Source of the DNA: the human T2T-CHM13v2.0 reference genome, Homo sapiens
Reading direction: 5' to 3'
Length of the DNA stretch: 64,000 bases
Assembly (NCBI GenBank): GCA_009914755.4
Contig: CP086569.2
Coordinates: 61,760,001-61,824,000, forward strand
In this document: positions 56,521 to 64,000 of the stretch, in pieces
How positions within the stretch are numbered: the first letter of the stretch is position 1
How the letters are laid out: each line of letters opens with the position of its first letter
Position numbers and translations under genes: made by a program
The notes under the pieces: generated by a model
Seen by the model: the letters and a program-made list of their open reading frames with translations, nothing else
Told to the model about the DNA's origin: nothing
Databases searched by the model: none

Positions 56521-59500
56521 GAGTCGAAACTAATGGACTGGAATAGAATGGACTCGACTGGTACGGACTCCAATGGAATGGAATGGAATGGAAGGGAATC
56601 GAACGGAATGGACTCGAAGTGAAAAGACTGCAACGGAAAGGTTTCGAATGGAATGGAAATTAATGGAATGGAATGGAATCGAATGAAATGGAGTCAAAAG
56701 GAATGGAATCGAATGGCAAGGAATCGAATGTAATGGAATCGCAAGGAATGGATGTGAACGGAACGGAATGGAATGGAATCAAAAGGAACGGAATAGAATG
56801 GAATGGAATCGAATGGAAAGGACTCGAATGGAAATCACTTGAATAGAATGAAATTTAATAAAATAGGATCAAATGTAATGGAATGGAATGGAAAGGAATC
56901 GAAACGAAAGGAATGGAGACAGATGGAATGGAATGGAACAGAGAGCAATGATATAGAATGGAATGGAAGCATCTGGAATGGAATTGAATGGAATGGAATA
57001 ATATGATACGGAATGGAATGGAATGGAATGCCCTTGAATTAAATGGACTGGAATGGAATGGACTCGAACAGAGTGGAATGGAAAGTGTTGAAATAGAATG
57101 GAATGGACTCCTTTGGAATGGTCTAGTATGAAATGCAATCGACTGGCAGGGAATCAAAAGGAATGTAATCGAATGGATTGGACTGGAATGCAATGGACTC
57201 GAATAGATAGGAAACGGAATGCAAAGGAATGGAATGGAATAGTATGGAATGGAATGGAAAGGAATGGAGTGGAATAGACTAGAGTGGAATGGAATGGACT
57301 CGAAAGCAATGGACTGGAATGAAACTTTCTTGAATGGACTGGAATCAAACGGAATGGAGTGCAATGCAATCAAAAGGCATGGAATAAAATAGAATGAAAG
57401 AGAATCAAATGGAATTGAATCGAATGGAATCGAATGGATTGGAAAGGAATAGAATGGAATGGAATGGAACTGACTCAAATGGAATGGACTAGAATGGAAT
57501 GGAGTCGAATGGAAGGCAAAGGAATAGAATCTATTGGAATGGACTGTAATGGAATGGAATGGAAGGGATTGGAATGGACTCGAATGGAATGGACTGCAAT
57601 AGAAAGGATTCGAATGGAATGAAAAAGAATTGAATGGAATAGAACAGAATGGAATCAAATGGAATGTAACGGAATGAAATTGAAAGGAATGGAATGAAGT
57701 GGAATGGAAAAGATTCGAATGGAATGCAATCGAAGGGAATGCAATCGAATGGAATGGAATCGAACGGAATGGAATAAAATGGAAGAAAACTGGCAAGAAA
57801 TGGAATCGAAATGAATGGAGTGTTATGGAACGGACTCAAAAGGAATTGAATGTAATAGAATGGAGTGGAGTGGACTCGAATATAATGGACTGGAATGGAA
57901 TGGAATCTCATTTAATGGGAACGAATGGAATGGAATGGAAAGGAATGGAATCGAATGGAAAGGAATCTTATGGAAGGGAAGGAAATTGAATCAACAGGAA
58001 TGGAAGGGAATAGAATAGACTGTAATGGAATGGACTCGAATAGAATGGACACGAATGCTCAAATTGAATGGACTCGTATAGAATGGAAACGAAAGGAAAG
58101 TCATCGAATGGAATTGAATCGATTGGAATGAAATCGCATAGAATGGAGTGGAATCTAATGGAATTGAATCGAAAGTAAAGGAAGCGAATGGACTGAAATG
58201 AAATGGAATGGAATTGAATGGAAAGTAATGCAATGGAATGGAATGGAACGAAATTTCACGGAATGGAATCAAACAGAATGGAATCAAATCAATGGAATAT
58301 AATCAAATGGAATGGATAGGAATTGAATGGAATAGATTGGATTGGAAGGGATTGGAATGCAATGGAATGGGAAGGACTCGAATTTCATGAAACAGAATGG
58401 AATGGACTCGAATGGAATGGAATGTCATGGAATGGCATCAAATGGAATGGCATCAAATGGAATGGAATCGAATGCAATGGAATGTTATGGAATGGAATGG
58501 GATGCATTGGAATGAAATGTCCTCTAATGGAATGGATTCGAGTGGAATGGAATCGAATATAATGGAGTCGAATGAAATGGAATTGAAAGGAATGGGATCG
58601 AATAGAATGGAATATACTGGAATGTAATGGAATGAAGTCGAATGTAATTGACTGGAATGGAATGTATGTGAATGGAATGTAATCGAATGGAAAGTAATCC
58701 AATGGAATAGAATCTAATGCAATAAAATCGACTCGAATGGAATAGAATGGAATGGAATGGAATGCAGTGCAATGGAACGGAATGGAATGGAATGCAATGG
58801 AATGGAATGGAATGGAATGGAATGGAATGGGATGGAATGGTATGGAATGGATAGTAATGGACTGGAGTGAAATGGACTGGAAAGGAATGGACTCAAATTG
58901 AAAGGGCTCGAAAGGAATGGAGTCAAATGGAATGATCGGTAATGGAATGAACTCGAATGTAATGCAATCCAATAGAATGGAAACAAATGGAATGGAATTG
59001 AATGGAATGGAATTGAATGGAATGGGAACGAATGGAGTGAAATTGTATGGAATAGAAGAGAATAGAATGGAATGCAAGGGAAAGGAAAGGAATGGATTGG
59101 AATGGAATGGAATTCATTGGAATGGAAGGGAATGTAGTGTAATGGACAGGCCTGGAATAAACTGGAATGCTACGGTCTCGAATGGAATAAAAATGTATGG
59201 AATGGAATGCAATGAAACGAATCGAATGTCATAGAATGTAATGGAATGCAAAAAAATGGACTTCAAAATCATTGACTGGAAAGGCTGGGTGTCGAAAGGA
59301 ATTGACTCCAATGGAATGGAATCGAATGGAATGGAAGTGAATAGAATCGAACTAAATCGAATGGAATGGAATTGATAGGAACGGAATGGAAAGGAATGGA
59401 ATGATTTGGCATGGAATGGAATCGAATGGCATCGAATGGAATGGAATGGAATGCAATGGAATGGAATGTATTAGAATGTAATGAACTTTAATGAGATGTA

Positions 59501-59750
59501 CTCGAATGGATTCGACTGGAATGGAATGTTCTGGAAGTGAATGGACTCCAATGGAATGGATTCAAAAGGAATGGAATCGAACAGAATGGAATCTAATGGA
59601 ATGGAATTAAATGGAAAGGAATCAAATGGAATAGCACGGAATTGAATTGAATGGAATCGAATGCAATGTAATCTAATGAAACGGAAAGGAAAGGAACGGA
59701 ATGGCATGGAATGGGCTGGAATGGAATGGAATCAAAACGAATGGAATGGA
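53700..59750 (+). repeat. Diverged HSat3 HOR island (about 1.7 units) inside the homogeneous array
   Basis: By eye, roughly 5-10 percent nucleotide divergence plus indels relative to the flanking units, which differ from each other by well under 1 percent. Its two copies resemble each other more than they resemble canonical units. Still a pure pentamer satellite, with no foreign sequence. Confidence 0.75.
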
Positions 59751-60024
59751 ATCGAACTGAAGAGACTGGAATGGAATGCACTGGCATGGAAGGGAGTTTA
59801 ATGGAAGGTTCTCGAAAAGACTGGAATCGAATGGAATGGAATTGAATGGAACGGATATAGAGTCAAATGGAATTGAATGGAATGGAATGGAGTAGAGTGA
59901 AATGGAATCGAGTCACAAGGAATGGACAGGAATAGAACGGTCTCGAATTGAATGGAATCGTATGGAATGGAATTCAACGGAATGGAATGGACAGCCACGG
60001 AATGGAATGCACTCGAATGCAATG
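56521..60024 (+). repeat. HOR unit 17 (3504 bp), diverged variant paralogous to the diverged part of unit 16
   Basis: Shares derived variants with unit 16 at an offset of ~3504 (ORFs 53930..54118 and 57434..57622 translate identically; 53651..54292 and 56855..57796 are homologous). Returns to canonical sequence at ~59.75 kb. Confidence 0.8.
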
Positions 60025-63000
60025 GACTCGAAACTAATGGACTGGAATCGAATGGACTCGACTGGTACGGACTCCAATGGAATGGAATCGAATGGAATGG
60101 AATCGAACGGAATGGACTCGAAGTGATAAGAGTGCAATGGAAAGGTCTCGAATGGAATGGAAATTAATGGAATGGAATGGAATCGAATGAAATGGAGTCA
60201 AAAGGAATGGAATCGAATGGCAAGAAATCGAATGTAATGGAATCACAAGGAATGGATGTGAACGGAACGGAATGGAATGGAATCAAAAGGAATGGAATCG
60301 AATGGAATGGACTCGAATGGAAATGACTCGAATAGAATGGAATTCAACAAAATAGAATCAAATGTAATGGAATGGAATGGAAAGGAATCGAAACGAAAGG
60401 AATGGAGACAGATGGAATGGAATGGAACAGAGAGCAATGGTATATAATGGAATGGAATCATATGGAATGGAATTGAATGGAATGGAATAATATGAAATGG
60501 AATGGAAAGGAATGGAATGCACTTGAATTAAATGGACTGGAATGGAATGGACTCGAACGGAGTGGAATGGAAAGGATTGAAATAGAATGGAATGGACTCC
60601 TTTGGAATGGTCTAGTATGCAATGCAAACGACTGGCAGGGAATCAAAAGGGATGTAATCGAATGGATTGGACTGGAATACAATGGACTCGAATACATTGG
60701 AAACGGAATGCAATGGAATGGAATGGAATAGTATGGAATGGAACGGAAAGGAATGAAGTAGAATGTACTAGAGTGGAATGGAATGGACTCGAAAGCAATG
60801 GACTGGAATGGAACGATCTTGAATGGACCGGAATCAAACGGAACGGAATGCAATGCAAGGCAATCAAATGGAATGGAATAAAAGGGAATGAAAGAGAATC
60901 AAATGCAATTGAATCGAATGGAATCGAATGGATTGGAAAGGAATAGAATGGAATGGAATGGAATTGACTCAAATGGAATGGACTAGAACGGAATGGAGTC
61001 GAATGGAAGGCAAAGGAATGGAATCTATTGGAATGGACTGTAATGGAATGGCATGGAAGGGATTGGAATGGACTCGAATGGAAAGGACTGCAATAGAAAG
61101 GATTCGAATGGAATGAAAAAGAATTGAATGGAATAGAACAGAATGGAATCAAATCGAATGAAATGGAATGGAATAGAAAGGAATGGAATGAAATGGAATG
61201 GAAAGGATTCAAATGGAATGCAATCGAATGGAATGCAATCGAATGGAATGGAATCGAACGGAATGGAATAAAATGGAAGGAAACTGGCAAGAAATGGAAT
61301 CGAAATGAATGGAGTGTTATGGAACGGACTCCAAAGGAATTGAATGTAATAGAAAGGAGTGGAGTGGACTCGAATATAATGGACTGGAATGGAATGGAAT
61401 CACATGGAATGGGAACGAATGGAATGGAATGGAAAGGAATGGAATCGAATGGAAAGGAATCAAATGGAAGGGAATGAAATTGAATCAACTGGAATGGAAG
61501 GGAATAGAATAGACTGTAATGGAATGGACTCGAATAGAATGGACACGAATGCTCAAATTGGATGGACTCGAATGGAATGGAAACGAAAGGAATGTCATCG
61601 AATGGAATTGAATCGATTGGAATGAAATGGCATAGAATGGAGTGGAATGAAATGGAATTGAATCGAAAGGAAAGGAAGCGAATGGACTGAAATGAAATGG
61701 AATGGAATTGAATGGAAAGTAATGCAATGGAATAGAATGGAACGAAATTTCACGGAATGGAATCAAACAGAATGGAATCAAATCAATGGAATATAATCAA
61801 ATGGAATGGAATGGAATGGAAAGGAATTGAATGGAATAGATTGGATAGGAAGGGATTGGAATGCAATGGAATGGAAAGGACTCGAATTTCATGAAACGGA
61901 ATGGAATGAATTGGAATGGAATGGACTCGAATGGAATGGAATGTCATGGAATGGCATCAAATGGAATGGAATCAAATGGAATGGCATCGAATGCAATGGA
62001 ATGTTATGGAATGGAATGGAATGTATTGGAATGGAATGTCCTCTAATGGAATGGATTCGAGTGGAATGGAATCGAATATAATGGAGTCGAATGAAATGGA
62101 ATTGAAAGGAATGGGATCGAATAGAATGGAATATACTGGAATGTAATGTAATGAAGTCGAATGTAATTGACTGGAATGGAATGTACATGAATGGAATGTA
62201 ATCGAATGGAAAGTAATCCAATGAAATAGAATCTAATGCAATAAAACCGACTCAAATGGAATAGAATGTAATGGAATGGAGTGCAGTGCAATGGAATGGA
62301 ATGGAATGGAATGCAATGGAGTGGAATGGAATGGAATGGGATGGAATGGTATGGAATGGATAGTAAAGGACTGGAGTGAAATGGACTGTAAAGGAATGGA
62401 CTCCAATTGAAAGGGCTCGAAAGGAATGGAGTCAAATGGAATGGTCTGGAATGGAATGAACTCGAATGTAATGCAATCCAATAGAATGGAATCGAATGGA
62501 ATGGAATATAAAGAAATGGAATCGACGAGAATGGAAACAGATGGAATGGAATTGAAAGGAATGGAATTGAATGGAATGGGCACGAATGGAATGAAATTGT
62601 ATGGAATAGAAGAGAATAGAATGGAATGCAATGGATAAGAAAGGAATGGATTGGAATGGAAGGGAATGTAGTGTAATGGACTGGCATGGAATAAACTGGA
62701 ATGCTACGGTCTCAAATGGAATAAAAATGTATGGAATGGAATGCCATGAAACGGAATCGAATGTCATAGAATGTAATGGAATGCAAAGAAATGGACTCCA
62801 AAATCATTGACTGGAAAGGCTGGGTGTCGAAAGGAATTGACTCCAATGGAATGGAATCGAATGGAATGGAAGTGAATAGAATCGAACTAAATCGAATGGA
62901 ATGGAATTGATAGGAACGGAATGGAAAGGAATGGAATGATTTGGCATGGAATGGAATCGAATGGCATCGAATGGAATGGAATGGAATGCAATGGAATGGA

Positions 63001-63559
63001 ATGTATTAGAATGTAGTGAACTTTAATGGAATGAACTCGAATGGATTCGACTGGAATGGAATGTTCTGGAAGTGAATGGACTCCAATGGAATGGATTCCA
63101 AAGGAATGGAATCGAAGGGAATGGAATCTAATGGAATGGAATGAAATGGAAAGGAATCCAATCGAATAGCACGGAATTGAATTGAATGGAATCGAATGCA
63201 ATGGAATCTAATGAAACGGAAAGGAAAGGAACGGAATGGCATGGAATGGGCTGGAATGGAATGGAATCGAAACGAATGGAATGGAATCGAACTGAAGAGA
63301 CTGGAATGGAATGCACTGGCATGGAAGGGAGTTTAATGGAAGGTTCTCGAAAAGACTGGAATGGAATGGAATGGAATTGAATGGAACGGATATAGAGTCA
63401 AATGGAATTGAATGGAATGGAATGGAGTAGAGTGAAATGGAATCGAGTCACAAGGAATGGACAGGAATAGAACGGTCTCGAATTGAATGGAATCGTATGG
63501 AATGGAATTCAACGGAATGGAATGGACAGCCACGGAATGGAATGCACTCGAATGCAATG
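60025..63559 (+). repeat. HOR unit 18 (3535 bp), subtype I mosaic
   Basis: Landmark at 60025 and 63560. Canonical apart from SNVs. The tail shares variants with units 3 and 13 (aatccaatcgaatagcacggaattgaattgaatgg at ~63169) and with the diverged island (atggcatcgaatgg at ~62963). Confidence 0.8.
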
Positions 63560-64000
63560 GACTCGAAACTAATGGACTGGAATCGAATGGACTCGACTGG
63601 TACGGAGTCCAATGGAATGAAATCGAATGGAATGGAATCGATCGGAATGGACTCGAAGTGATAAGAGTGCAATGGAAAGGTCTCGAATGGAATGGAAATT
63701 AATGGAATGGAATGGAATCGAATGAAATGGAGTCAAAAGGAATGGAATCGAATGGCAAGAAATCGAATGTAATGGAATCACAAGGAATGGATGTGAACGG
63801 AACGGAATGGAATGGAATCAAAAGGAATGGAATCGAATGGAATGGACTCGAATGGAAATGACTCGAATAGAATGGAATTCAACAAAATAGAATCAAATGT
63901 AATGGAATGGAATGGAAAGGAATCGAAACGAAAGGAATGGAGACAGATGGAATGGAATGGAACAGAGAGCAATGGTATATAATGGAATGGAATCATATGG
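63560..64000 (+). repeat. HOR unit 19 (partial, first 441 bp)
   Basis: Landmark gactcgaaactaatgg at 63560; the window ends inside the unit. Confidence 0.8.

Larger units (their letters stand above)
1..64000 (+). repeat. Satellite III-type (GGAAT)n heterochromatic satellite array organised in ~3.5-kb higher-order repeats; most consistent with the human Y-chromosome DYZ1 (Yq12 HSat3) family.
   Basis: The whole window is a degenerate ggaat pentamer repeat on the + strand. Typical stretches are ggaatggaatggaatggaat interrupted by variants such as gcaat, ggagt, gaatc, gactcgaatgg. A landmark motif gactcgaaactaatgg recurs at 28, 3563, 7097, 10632 and so on, with a period of 3534/3535 bp. No unique sequence is interspersed. 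The DYZ1 assignment rests on the ~3.5-kb unit size and pentamer composition (established knowledge); no database search was possible. Confidence 0.9.

Noticed and set aside
53700-59750. Diverged island interpreted as a different satellite family (HSat2, alpha or beta satellite) or as a junction to unique DNA
   Set aside because: It remains GGAAT-based and keeps the same HOR architecture and landmarks (unit lengths 3488 and 3504 bp). It is a diverged HSat3 HOR variant, not a different family or an array edge.
1-64000. Possibility of a CRISPR array or other prokaryotic repeat-spacer system
   Set aside because: There is no repeat-spacer alternation and no unique spacers. This is a continuous degenerate pentamer satellite with kb-scale HORs, which is eukaryotic heterochromatin, not CRISPR.
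1-64000. Transposable-element insertion (Alu, L1 or SVA) or a gene embedded in the satellite
   Set aside because: I scanned for stretches longer than ~60 bp without GGAAT-like periodicity, for poly-A tails and for target-site duplications, and found none. The only A-run is the A7 inside the conserved per-unit anchor (2786-2837), which is part of the HOR itself.
1-64000. tRNA, rRNA or other structured RNA genes
   Set aside because: No region has the composition or non-repetitive structure that such genes require. Any transcription would be SATIII-type repeat RNA and not a discrete gene.

Overview
The whole 64-kb window is one uninterrupted tandem satellite array built from degenerate GGAAT pentamers, with the G-rich strand on +. 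I see no protein-coding genes, no tRNA or rRNA, no transposon insertion and no block of unique sequence. My reading of what this is: human satellite III (HSat3). The array is organised as a higher-order repeat (HOR) of 3,534/3,535 bp, with 18 complete copies and 2 partial ones. That unit size and the pentamer composition fit best with the Y-chromosome DYZ1 (Yq12) HSat3 family. I cannot confirm this without a database search, and autosomal HSat3 (9q12, acrocentrics) remains possible.

Every ORF in the supplied six-frame track is an artefact of the repeat. (GGAAT)n has no stop codon in any of the six frames and supplies an ATG every 5 nt. The + strand therefore reads as (GMEWN)n in all three frames, and the - strand reads as (IPFHS)n.

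The interest lies in the internal architecture of the array.
- There are two HOR subtypes, separated by a 1-bp indel plus linked SNVs. They alternate to give a 7,069-bp dimeric super-unit across units 1-8, followed by a run of homogenised type-I units.
- There are long tracts with no detectable differences at 4-unit (14,138 bp) and 6-unit (21,207 bp) offsets.
- Several units are patchwork (mosaic) copies, which points to gene conversion or unequal crossover.
- One unit carries a 15-bp deletion that keeps the pentamer phase.
- A ~6-kb island at about 53.7-59.75 kb holds two mutually similar but clearly diverged HOR copies (3,488 and 3,504 bp), set inside the otherwise near-identical array.

I found no evidence of a novel coding or defence system in this window.
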